A DNA stretch of 64,000 nucleotides from Schmidtea nova. Lineage: Eukaryota. The notes under the pieces were generated by a model. That model made no database searches and was not told the DNA's origin. It saw nothing but the letters and a program-made list of their open reading frames with translations. Numbering within the stretch: position 1 is the first letter of the stretch; every line of letters starts with the position of its first letter. Shown piece by piece: positions 1 through 12,148 of this stretch. Location: assembly GCA_044892505.1 (NCBI GenBank), contig CM097882.1, positions 196,044,001 to 196,108,000 of the forward strand, written 5' to 3'. Both the position numbers and the translations under genes were made by a program.

Positions 1-2445
1 TTATTTTATGAATAAAAACAAAGTAAAGAACTAATTTTTAATTAATATAAACAAAAACAAAACAAATTCATTTATTCAACAAAAAACAAAGAAAAAATTA
101 ATGGTGAAATTTCACAATACATAAGTATAAATACAAAAATAACTACAAAAATAACTAATTATTTTTATTAAAATAATATTTTAAAAATACCAATGCGTTA
201 ACAGTATCTGTGCCTAATCTATTGCGTACTTTATTAATAGAATTACTAGCAACTGAAAATACCCTCTCAGATGATGTTGATGTTGGGCTTATTGACAATA
301 GAGCTTCATATAAATTATTCATATTGCTACTTCTTTTGCCATCGTTTCCCTCAATAAATTTGAATTCTTTGTCAATATTAAAACTAGATTTATGATGTTT
401 TAATTTTGTTATAGATTCGATACTTTTTTGTAAATTGTAGTGTTCAGCTTCTATACGTTCATCATCCTCTATTTCAATTTCTGACTCTTCATCAATTTCA
501 CTTTGATTACTTCCCTCTTCTAAAAACAGCCTGTGAAACATTTGTTTTGCAAAATTCTTTGTAATAAATTTTGAAGAATAGTTTAAAAAATCATTTTCAT
601 TTTGATTTGGAAAAGTACCATGGTGTAAGAATAATAGTAATGATATTAATTCTTTATTTCTACGTTTTTCAATCTTCAATATTTCAAATAAATTCAGCGA
701 AAATTCTGTATTAATTTGCTTCAATCTTTGGAAAACGTATAACATTGTACCTTCTGCTGTCAATAAATTAGCACTGTCTTTACTCAGTTGTTCTACAGCT
801 AACATGGTTGGCTCAAGTGTAGTTGACACATTTTTTAAAACACTAACATAATCTTCATTAAAACATTGGAAACCAAGTTCATCTAATGCATTATTTATGC
901 AATTAATTAGTTTTAGGAATCTATTTATAGATTGAGCCAATGAGTTCCAACGTGTTGGTACATCTAATATCAATTTTAGTTCATGTACTTCTTGTTGTCG
1001 TACATGTTTTAATAAAATTTCTGTTCGTATTGATGAATTTCTGAAAAATTTAATCATTTTTCTCATTTCGTATAATGCTGGTTTAATATCTGAAATTAAG
1101 ACATGATTTTGTGAATCTTCTACAATTACTAAATTTTCGTCATCTTCTTGGTTCGTCTCCTTCGTCTCCACAGAAAAGCTCATCCTCATCATCTTTTTCA
1201 ACATTTGCAATATCATCTGAATTAATCTTTTTATATATAACTTTAAGTACAGCCAAATGTACAGCATGGTTATAACATAGCTGTTTCTCAGCGGTAATAA
1301 GTGAACAGTATTTTACCATCACGCTGGCACCATCATTTGTTGAAGCAACAATATCTTTCCTTAGACTTACACCAAATTCTCTCAAAATATTTTCCACCAA
1401 TTCTTTGGTTTTTTCAGCTGTACACTTTTCTGTGATTGTTACTAAGCCAAGAGCAAACTGTTGCAAATTCGATGACCGTAAATTAACATTCAAATATCTC
1501 CGTATTGAAACGTCTGTCCACTCATCAACGGAAATACTAAATTTCTTCTTCAAACTTAATAATTTCTGTAATTCGTTTTTTGTTTCAACTTTTTTTTCCT
1601 CAAAAAAATCTAATATATTCTTGCGAACTGTATTGCAGCTTCTCGGGATATTATAATGGCGGCTCGCAACATATCCTCTAATTGCATCAGAATGAACAAT
1701 GGCATTGAACGAAAATCCATCCTTGGCTGCGCATTTTGATAAAATTTCATTCAAACTTTCCTTTTTTATGAAATTCGTAATTAATGAATTAGATGACTTA
1801 TTTTGTTTAGATGTTGAAGCCTCAGAATTTAATTCATCAAAGTTGCTTGCATTAATAAAAATTCTGTGAAGTTTTAGATGGTTAATTAAACCAGTAGTAT
1901 TTTCCCCTTACAGCTTAGTCGTGCTCCGCAATCATAGCATTTAGCTTCGCCTTTATCTATTTTTTGAAAATGATTCCATGCTTCAGACTTTCGTTTGCTC
2001 ATTCTAGCAACGGGTAAATAAAACTAAAAAAATATATAACTTTCTGTAAAAAATAATTTATTTATTATTTATAGAAAAGAGCATACATAAAGTAAAATAA
2101 ATATAGTTTTAAATGAATTAAGATTTGACTAGTGAATTAAACCGATTTACATTTGACAACTGAAATCAATATAAATAAAAATCAGCTGATTTTAACTCAG
2201 TATTGCTTTTGCAATACTACCTAATATTGTCAACATTTCTTAAAATCCCTATAAGCAATAATACTCATTTTAGTTAAACTTTAAGTTTCGGAATTTTCAT
2301 ATAGTGATTTAGATATTTTTTTAAATAATTTAACCGAATTTTGAATCCCGGGTACTCAATTCGAATTACCCGGGTATTAAATTACCCGTGCAACTACCGA
2401 AAATGGCGGGTATTTGAGTACTCGGGTACTTGATTGCAAACCCTA
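1..2445 (-). mobile_element. Decayed hAT (Ac-like) DNA transposon; other end lies beyond the window start
   Basis: Minus-strand terminus TAGGGTTTGCAATC at 2445 with subterminal TACCCG/CGGGTA repeats, upstream of a transposase pseudogene. Confidence 0.8.
155..2002 (-). pseudogene. hAT transposase, frameshifted near ~1900 and ~1190
   Basis: BED finger (AWNHF..CYDC..LINHLKLH) from ATG 2002; SVDEWTD, TNDGASVM, CYNHAVHL and LDVPTRWNS motifs; C-terminal dimerisation domain SPTSTSSERVFS. Spread over three frames. Confidence 0.88.
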
Positions 2446-2473
2446 TTTCCCATATTATTTAATAATAAATTAC

Positions 2474-3190
2474 TCAATTTTCTTCCATCTTTCTTCTGTT
2501 ACATGTCTCTTTTCGTTGTTGATATTTTAAAACTTGTTCTAGTGCCTTTATTGGATATTCATCTCTCTTCGATTGGCAGCGGATTATCAGTTTTTTGATC
2601 ATCTTTTTGTAATGGTTACTTCCCGGATATTGCATTTTGTGCTGAACATTTATCTCCCTACATGTAGTTACATATGGATAAGTGTGTTTGCCGATTGCTT
2701 TAATATATTCAGCTTTGCAATTCACATTTCCATATTATCCATTTTCTTCAAATTTTGAGTTCTCTTCATCTAATTTCTCGTACCTTGTTTGCAACGTAGT
2801 CTAGTACAATGTCTTCTGCTCGTCCAGATTTTAGCACTTCAGCTAACAGTCTACTTAAATTAATCTTGAATGTTGCAAATATTGCATTATATAGTTCTTA
2901 AACTGCCAACTGTTTTATTTAATCTATCATTTCTTTTATATTTCACCACAGTGTTTCAGCTTCAGCAACTAATAAAACATTGAATGCACCAGTCAGTCCT
3001 TTGACCATTTGTCAAAACTATTTTTCAATATTTTTCAGTGATGTTTCGTCTTCTTTTGATTCTCGTTTATCGTATTGTTGAATGTTTAATGTGAGCATAT
3101 CTTGACATAATTTTGGCAAACATCCCATCAAAGATTATTGTTTTTTTTTGAGACAGCACTTATATTTTGACTTTTGGCGTGGTCGCCAGT
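2474..3190 (-). pseudogene. Degraded Gypsy gag fragment with primer-binding site, related to the element at 42128-46632
   Basis: Minus strand TGGCGACCACGCC (3178-3190) matches the PBS at 42237. Remnants AFNVLLVAEAETLW and FATFKINLSRLLAEVL align by eye to [14 protein letters not shown] and [16 protein letters not shown] of that gag; many stops. Confidence 0.7.
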
Positions 3191-3926
3191 TCAATCAGAT
3201 TTTTTTGAAAAATAGCATTTAACCTTCATAATATATTTTATGTTATTTTATTTTATTTTATTTTATTTTAGTTTAATATCTTATTTTTAAGTTCAATAGC
3301 AACTATTGGCTATTCGTTTTTTAATTAGGTAACAAGTTAATGTAATTTTCCTTTTTTTAAAACAATTAACCTTAGATTCTTAAGATATTAAATTATTTCT
3401 TGAATCTACTAGATTTTACACTTTAGTATATTTATAATATTTTTTATTCGTCATCTTTTTTTCTAAAACTTTGCTAATTAGTAATTCAATTTTTTTTACA
3501 AATTTAATAAAATAAGTTCATATAACACTGAATAATTACACAATTGGTTAAATGATTTTTTAAAAAATTGTAAATTGAAATAATTTTTGAAAATAATTTT
3601 ATTAGGTTATTTGTTATTTTAATTAGACGTTTTGTAGTGATTCTTTAAAGGCGTCAACATTTCACACATTATCTTTCAGCACTTATAAAGCTTTAGTTGA
3701 GCTAACAGTAAACCTAATAGAATATTTATCACTAAGTTTTTTTAAATAAGTTTCAATCATAAAAAACCTTAAAAATGACATTAGAAGATTTTTTATTCAT
3801 TGACAATTGATAATATGAACTCGTTCAATTACATGGTACCTACCTGTGCCCGGTGTTTGATTTTCTCGTTGAGCTACATCTTTCACCAGTGATTGACATT
3901 ATTTTTTTACACACAAAACCACACGC

Positions 3927-3930
<4 letters not shown>

Positions 3931-3998
<68 letters not shown>
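3931..3998. repeat. (TA)n microsatellite
   Basis: Direct reading. Confidence 0.95.
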
Positions 3999-4004
<6 letters not shown>

Positions 4005-4338
4005 AAAATTATATATAAATAATAATCATTTATGACCCATGGATAAGTTTTTCAAAAATATTCTTGACATCTGACGTTTTAGATAGTACAATTTAGATAT
4101 TTATTTGACCCATGGGAGATATTTTATACACGCCATGGGTTAGTGCTATACGCAGATTTAAAGTTACCTGTGTTACACAATGGCCTTAATGTGACATTTG
4201 TTGTTTTATGTATTTACAAGATAATATAGGTGTGAATTTATTCAAGTGTTACTTTACAATAATTAGACATGATTTTTGTGACATTTTCATTAAAAATATT
4301 GGAGACACAATATTTAATAGATAAAATTAAATTTCATT

Positions 4339-4589
4339 AACTATACTTTGGTACTCAATCTAAATTACTCAGTACTCAAAATAAAAAGGATAGTAATTAA
4401 ATAATTTTAAAATAATATTAATTAGAATGTGATAAAAATGAAAATAAGAAATTAATAGAAATATGAACTATACTTTGGTACTCAATCTAAATTACTCAGT
4501 ACTCAAAATAAAAAGGATAGTAATTAAATAATTTTAAAATAATATTAATTAGAATGTGATAAAAATGAAAATAAGAAATTAATAGAAAC
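4339..4589. repeat. Tandem duplication, unit about 128 bp, two copies
   Basis: AACTATACTTTGGTACTCAATCTAAATT...AATTAATAGAAA is repeated twice. Confidence 0.9.
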
Positions 4590-5478
4590 ATCAACGGTTG
4601 ACTAAACTCAGCTTTTAAGTATATTTCTATTTGCAAGATTTTCTAACAAAATTGTCTATCCAATGTGTTAATAATTAATAGAAATTTTCATTTTTGTAAC
4701 AAAATATAGAACATGTTTTGTTTAAATAAAAATATTTTTTAATTTATATTAAAATTTATTCTTTAATTGACAAATAATACCAAAAAAATCAACTAAACTC
4801 TAAATTATTGATAAAACCTAGGTCAAAGAATTATTAGAAATCCTTTTAATTATTTCCATTAAGAGTGCTCGAAAGAAAATGTCATAAATTAAATAAATGT
4901 TTGATCTTAAATATATTTAATAAATTTATTAGATTTTACAGTAAATTTTAGCAATTTAGTTCATTTATTAGTATTATGAATAAATTAAATGTTTTAGTAA
5001 ATTTGTATCTCTTCTTTTATTTTTAATTGATTTTGGTCTTTTTATTTTCGTTTCAATATTATCATTGACATCCAACTACTAAAATCATTTATTTATTTTT
5101 ATAAATGATATTTTACATAAAAAAATTAAATTTAATAAAGTTTGTGGATATCTTTTTATGATTGTCTTTTATTCGCTTGTTGCTATATTAAATTTTGTTA
5201 GTTTGCCATGGCATTTTAAGAGATGGAATGTAAATCCCTTGAATCATTATTGTAAAATTGTTAAATATTATTTTAGTCCATATTTTTATTTTAGTTATAA
5301 AAACCCGTGGGAAACTGCGGTTTATGTAAGAGTTTTAATAAATTTTTAATTTCGCATTTTCCTATCATGATATTTTAATTTAAAATTTTGTAAACTCACT
5401 GATTTCACTTCTTCAAAGCTTTATTATTTTATTTTATTACTGAATTTGAAAAAAAATTTATGAATTCTTGTTATTTAG

Positions 5479-8129
5479 GAAGTAGATATACAGAGACATG
5501 GTGATCGTGGCAGACTTACGTCAGAAGAATTTGTGAATGTTTTTAAAGAAATTTCGACTCGTCCTGAGATTTTTTTTTTACTTATAAGGTATATAAATAT
5601 TTTTAAAAAATATTTTTAAAAATTACAATATGAAACATTACGTATTGTATAAAAATATTCATTTGTAATAAATGGCTAGTAAATAAACAAAATTGTTTAT
5701 GCGAAATATAGTAGGTAGATGTGTGGAGCCGGGAACAAAGACATTATGACTCATGCGTGGGCGGAAAAAAAAGAACAAAGACCCCCCCCCTCCCCCCCGG
5801 GGGGGGGGTAGAAATTTTTTTTTTGATGAGTCATCGATGAGTCATCGATGAGTCATCGATGAGTCATACTTTTTTTTTTTTTTGATGAGTCATCGATGAG
5901 TCATAATTTTTTTTTTTAAAAATTTTTTTCACGCCAAATTTTTTTTTTCAAAAATTTTTTTACGCGCCAAATTTTTTTTTTTCAAAAATTTTTTTCGCGC
6001 CAAATTTTTTTTTCAAAAATTTTTTTCGCGCCAAATTTTTTTTTTCAATAATTTTTTTTCGCGGCAAATTTTTTTTTCAAAAATTTTTTTTCGCACCAAA
6101 TTTTTTTTTTCAAAAATTTTTTTACAATTTTTTTTTTTCAAAAATTTTTTTTTTTTTTAGGCCAAAATTTTTTTATACTAATTTTTAAAGACGATTTTTT
6201 TTTTTTTTTAAGATAAATTATTTTTGGTTAAATTTTTTTTAAAAGACAAAATTCGAGTAATAAAAAATATTTACAACAGGTGTGCAAACAAAGACATTTT
6301 TATATGTGTGCATGTTTAATTAACTATTATTTGTCAAGTATGAAGCTTTTGCACTTCAAAACCATCACAGAAGAGGTTCTGCTTCCAGGGTTCTGATCGC
6401 AATGTTCTGCTTCCAGGGTTCTGATCGCAATGTTCTGCTTCCAGGGTTCTGATCGCAATGTTCTTCTTCCAGGGTTCTGATACTAAATGTTCTGCTACAT
6501 TTAATTATTATTTTTTCAAACTAAAGACATTGCAACACGTGTGCAAGTTAACAAAGACATTGCAATACACATGCAACATGAACAAAGACATTGCAACACA
6601 CGTGCAAGGACTTTGCAACACGCGTGCAACATGAACAAAGACATTGCAACACACATGCAAACTAAACAAAGACACATGTGTGCAACACATAAACAAAGAC
6701 ATTAAAAAAGACAAAATTTATTTATAAATATATCGTNNNNNNNNNNNNNNNNNNNNNNNNNNNNNNNNNNNNNNNNNNNNNNNNNNNNNNNNNNNNNNNN
6801 NNNNNNNNNNNNNNNNNNNNNNNNNNNNNNNNNNNNNNNNNNNNNNNNNNNNNNNNNNNNNNNNNNNNNNNNNNNNNNNNNNNNNNNNNTAATTACTTGT
6901 AANNNNNNNNNNNNNNNNNNNNNNNNNNNNNNNNNNNNNNNNNNNNNNNNNNNNNNNNNNNNNNNNNNNNNNNNNNNNNNNNNNNNNNNNNNNNNNNNNN
7001 NNNNNNNNNNNNNNNNNNNNNNNNNNNNNNNNNNNNNNNNNNNNNNNNNNNNNNNNNNNNNNNNNNNNNNNNNNNNNNNNNNNNNNNNNNNNNNNNNNNN
7101 NNNNNNNNNNNNNNNNNNNNNNNNNNNNNNNNNNNNNNNNNNNNNNNNNNNNNNNNNNNNNNNNNNNNNNNNNNNNNNNNNNNNNNNNNNNNNNNNNNNN
7201 NNNNNNNNNNNNNNNNNNNNNNNNNNNNNNNNNNNNNNNNNNNNNNNNNNNNNNNNNNNNNNNNNNNNNNNNNNNNNNNNNNNNNNNNNNNNNNNNNNNN
7301 NNNNNNNNNNNNNNNNNNNNNNNNNNNNNNNNNNNNNNNNNNNNNNNNNNNNNNNNNNNNNNNNNNNNNNNNNNNNNNNNNNNNNNNNNNNATAATATCA
7401 ACTTATAAAAAATAACTTATAAAAAGAACTTATAAAAAGAACTTATAAAAAAAGTAAAAATATTAACATATAAAAAAAAAATAAAAAAATAATAAAATAA
7501 TTCATTAGTTTTAATTGATTGCGCAATTTATTACAATCAAAATGTATTGGCCCTAAAGAGGACCATTATTTCGTTCACATTCTGTTTATTGGTTACTGAA
7601 TATTTTCATCATTTGTTTCTGTTTATTTTCCTCATTGGTTTTAGAATATTTTTTCATCATTTGTTTCGGATTATTTTTTCATCATTAGTTTCGGATTATT
7701 TTTTTCATCATTTTTTTTTTTTTTTTTTTTTTTCGGATTATTTTACATCATTTGTTTCGGATTATTTTTTCATTATTTGTTTCTGATTATTTTCATCAAC
7801 ATTTGTTTCTCTTTATTTTCATCAATTGTTTTGGATTATTTTCATCATTTGTTTCTGTAATCTTTTTTCTTCATCTGTAAGCTAAAATTTAGTAATATTT
7901 GTTTACAATCATAAATTGTGGCCCTGAAGAGGGCCGATTGTTCATTCACATATCTTTTTGGTTTTCTTTATATCTTTTTTTTTTTTTGAATTGTTCGGTT
8001 TAATCTTTTTTTTGATTTTTTATATTTCTTTTATATTTTTTGTCATTATCCTCATTGTCATCTTTATCCTCATCCGAAGTAGTCCCGAGCAGTCGGATCG
8101 TAGAAATCATAAGGGTCATCAGACGGACC

Positions 8130-8188
<59 letters not shown>

Positions 8189-11100
8189 CTGATCCATCAT
8201 CACCTACAAATATAGTGGTGTCACCCCCCAGATAGTGGCCATACGCCAAACTTTTATTTTTTTCCACCCAGTTCCTCTTATCGTCCCTACAAGATAAGGC
8301 TCTCTTATTGCTTTTTATACTAAAGAGCTGGTGATTTTTGCTCGTAATGCGGAACTGGGGGACATTATATATTTTATCGTTTAAAAAACAGTCAAGGTAA
8401 GACTGGTGTGTGAGACCTGCATCTTTCAAACAGATACCCTTGGCTTTCATGCAGGCCTCGTCTCCCATAAGACTATAGCACTTAGGTCTTAAGAAAACCC
8501 ACTCATCATACAGTAGACCCTTATTCTCATCCTTAAATTTGCCAATCACAGAATCAAGGGTCCTACTATACAATGCATGATGAGTGTCGTAATTAGAGGT
8601 ATCCAAAAGCCTATCGTCAATCATTGCGGTCAAAAGAGTGTTCAAGTCAAGATTTTTGATTTCCAAGAAGAAGGAATCAGTATCCCCAGCAACGATGTTA
8701 ATTTCGCAGTTGAAGTCGTTACGATATTTTTGTAACTCTTCATACTGCAGCTGGTACATACGAAGTTTGGATAAATCCAGTACGGTTTGTCCAATGTAAC
8801 TGGGTCTATCCAAACATACTGATTCCTTCTGAAGCAATACGGAGATGAGGTCATTGTCGATTTTTGTAGTTTTTTTGAAATTAGCTTTTGACGTGTAAGT
8901 CAGCAGTTTTTGTGCCGAGTTACACAGTCGTAAATTAATTCTTTTTTTTAAATTCTCTACGGTTTTGCCGTAGAGACTATTATTTAATAATTTATAAAAG
9001 TTCTTATCGAGCTTATTTGTAGATGCAGCTCGTAAGTCTGTGTTTATTTTTATATAATTATAAAAGATTTTATTTTGTGTAAATTTAATAGCGCGATGTA
9101 TGTGCGTTACCTTCACACCAATTTGAATAAATAGTTGCAGAAGCCGCCAATGAAGAACATAATTCTTCTTTGGAAGATGCGTTAGCAACAGCTTCTCAAC
9201 CTTGGATCCCGGTGCACACATCTTTTCAGCGGCAACTGGAAGATCATCCAGTTTGTCGTGAATCGATGCCGGAATTTCCAAATCCACTTCTATGGTGTAA
9301 CCATAATGAAGTGTATCGAGATTTTCCGATGTGCACTCACAAACGATGTTATTTAATAATTGGTCATCAGTGACCCACTCAAAATTACCACAAGGAAGGG
9401 GTTGGCTTAAGGCCCACCCATATAAATTATTTATGTCAATATATAGTAATGCGGTATCCGGGCTCGTCTTGACATAATGTTTATTGACAAACGTTAGTCC
9501 GCCGCGAATACCGCCCTCGAAAAAGTTATACATCTCCATATCGGTGAGGAGCTCGATAGGAGAGTCAAGAGTTAATAAAGCGGAACTCCACGACATGCCG
9601 GGAATTCCGAGAAAATTTAAAGGCTCAAGCCTGTTATGGTTAATTGATTTTAATCGAAATTGCTGAAAATAATCAGCTAACAAAAACACATCCAATTTTA
9701 GATAAACCATCATGTAATCGTACAGTGATGTACATGATGTTTCTTGCCATATTTTATGGGCAGCAGCATACTCGACAGCAGTTATATCTTTCCATTTCGG
9801 GGGTAAACACAAGGTTGATTTTAAAACTTCTAAAGAAGTGGCAGCGTCATAAGGAAAAATGCCCTTGGCAGTGACTATAGTGCCTCGAAATTCAGATTGT
9901 GTTAATGGTAAGCTAGTGAGTGTTTTTACTGCATTATTTAGAGACTCACTTACAAACTGATAAGAGTCAATAAATTTTACGGTCAGGCTATCGATGTACG
10001 CGAAAAGACTTAAAAACTTTTCACTAGTCAATGGAATACAACTAATATTCCAACTGTTATATTTGGAAAGACCATATTTTAAAATATGGTGTAAATCGTA
10101 ACCCTTCAAGTTGTGAAAGATTACGGGCAAAGAGTGTCGTATTTGCCGGGACTTGTTACATTCTGAGCAGGCTGCTCCAATATAAAGACCGGTGAAATGG
10201 TCGTGATCCCTAACAGGCGCAACTAAAAGTTTTTTGCATAAATAACAATTAGTGCTATTATCAAATTGTCGCTGTTGGGTCGCAGTGATAGTCATACGTT
10301 TTTGATAATTTTTATAATAATAGGGTGTCACTATATACCGACTGATTGACTCAATTTCTCTTAAGAATTGATCAACACCGTCTAACCCTACAAAAGATTT
10401 GTAAATTCTCACCCCAGAAAAGTTGTTAATGAGAAGGAGACCTGCGGCAATAGGAAGATGTTTTTGGTGGTGAACAGTGTCTTTCGGTAATATTGCCTCG
10501 AAATCTGCATATATTACGAAAGGAGGAGTTACTGTTTTCTTCCAATCAGTAAACTCCAAAAATTTATTTTTGGGTAAGGTGTACAGTGTAGTACCCAACT
10601 GATTTTTGTTACAAAGACCCTTATGACGATTAAAGGCTTCGTCATTCCTAAACCCATTCAAGCAACGAGGGCACCATTGACTACAAATCCTAACTGGGGT
10701 GATTGTGCTGTTTCGGCAATTCAAAAAGCGATTCAGATCGGTAATCGCAAGATAATGAAAATTATCTTTTTTCTCCAAAAGAAGCAAATTTATGGGAATA
10801 GCCCCGACTACTTTACTACGGTAGACTATATCGATAAAGGGATGTTTAAGAACGACATTATCATCATTGTCATTGTCGCTTACATCTATTTGGGCCTTTT
10901 CGTCATATGTAAGGACATTAATACTATAGCCACTGTTTTGTCTCTCAAATTTTTTGATGTTAACTAATTTCATGGGCATGTCGGTGGGGTCAAAAACAAG
11001 TTGGGAAAGATCATAAGAAGTAGTCCTATGCCTGTATTGGCGTTCAATACTATTATATTTAACTACTGCCAAGAAACTGTAAAGAAAGCAATAGGTGTCA

Positions 11101-11686
11101 TTATTTTGGACATTTACAAGGCAACTTAAATTTCTTAAAGTATTCGGCGTCTGGATATAACTGCTGCCGCTCAATCGACTAATTTCCGAAAATTTAGTGA
11201 CTAAAAAACTAATATATTCTATTTTAGAGATTGTCCAATTACTCCCCTTTTCGTTAATCTGGACAATCTTCTCATTTAAATTAGTGACACCTTCCTCAAT
11301 AAAGGTATCACTCCACTCTCTGGCAGAATTTGAGATGACGAAAGATTGTAATTGATCATCTTTCTCAAATTCTACCTTGAGACAAAATTGTATTTTAACT
11401 GATTTTAAATTAATAATATATGATTTTAATTTATCTACTAATATATCAGGTACAGAGACCGTTTTTAATAATAAGTTAGATACATCCATTTTTATAATAA
11501 AATGGGTATCGTTCAAGTCGGAAGTAACTTCAACAATACCCATTCCAATTTGATTATTATTATTATTTAAAATATTAACATAATCGTCAAATTCATCATC
11601 ATTGACGATTATGTCAGATATAATATTCATATTACTACTTTTATTATAAATAAGATCATCCTCATCATCACTGATGAGGGATATAA

Positions 11687-11753
<67 letters not shown>

Positions 11754-12097
11754 ATTAGAAATATTATTTTCATCTTCATCATCGCTGATGTCGATGATGA
11801 TCAGTTTTTTAGGAACTGAATCCGTTAATGTTGTATTTTTACGTTTATTATTTAGTTTTTGTAAAGTATTATTATTTTGTAGAATATTATTTTGTAGATT
11901 ATTATGATTAAGTGTATTATTTAGATTAAGTGTATTATTATTATTATTATTATTATTATTTGTATTTTGTAAATTATTTGTATTTTGTAAATTATTTGTA
12001 TTTTGGAAATTATTATTTATATTTGTATTATTTTGTAAAATATTTCTATTATTTGTATTTGGATTTTGTAAATTATTATTATTATTATTATTAATGG

Positions 12098-12148
<51 letters not shown>

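Larger units (their letters stand above)
5710..6736 (+). repeat. Left TIR of the Polinton (runs into an N gap)
   Basis: Reverse complement of 22906-24041 apart from repeat-unit copy number, homopolymer lengths and very few substitutions. Confidence 0.95.

Noticed and set aside
2474-3190. Non-LTR (RTE-like) retroelement fragment
   Set aside because: Better explained as Gypsy gag, given the PBS and the alignment to the gag at 42214.
6718-7401. Poly-X ORFs (also near 31843-32567, 33283-33694, 51232-51466 and 57727-58017)
   Set aside because: Artefacts of N gaps.
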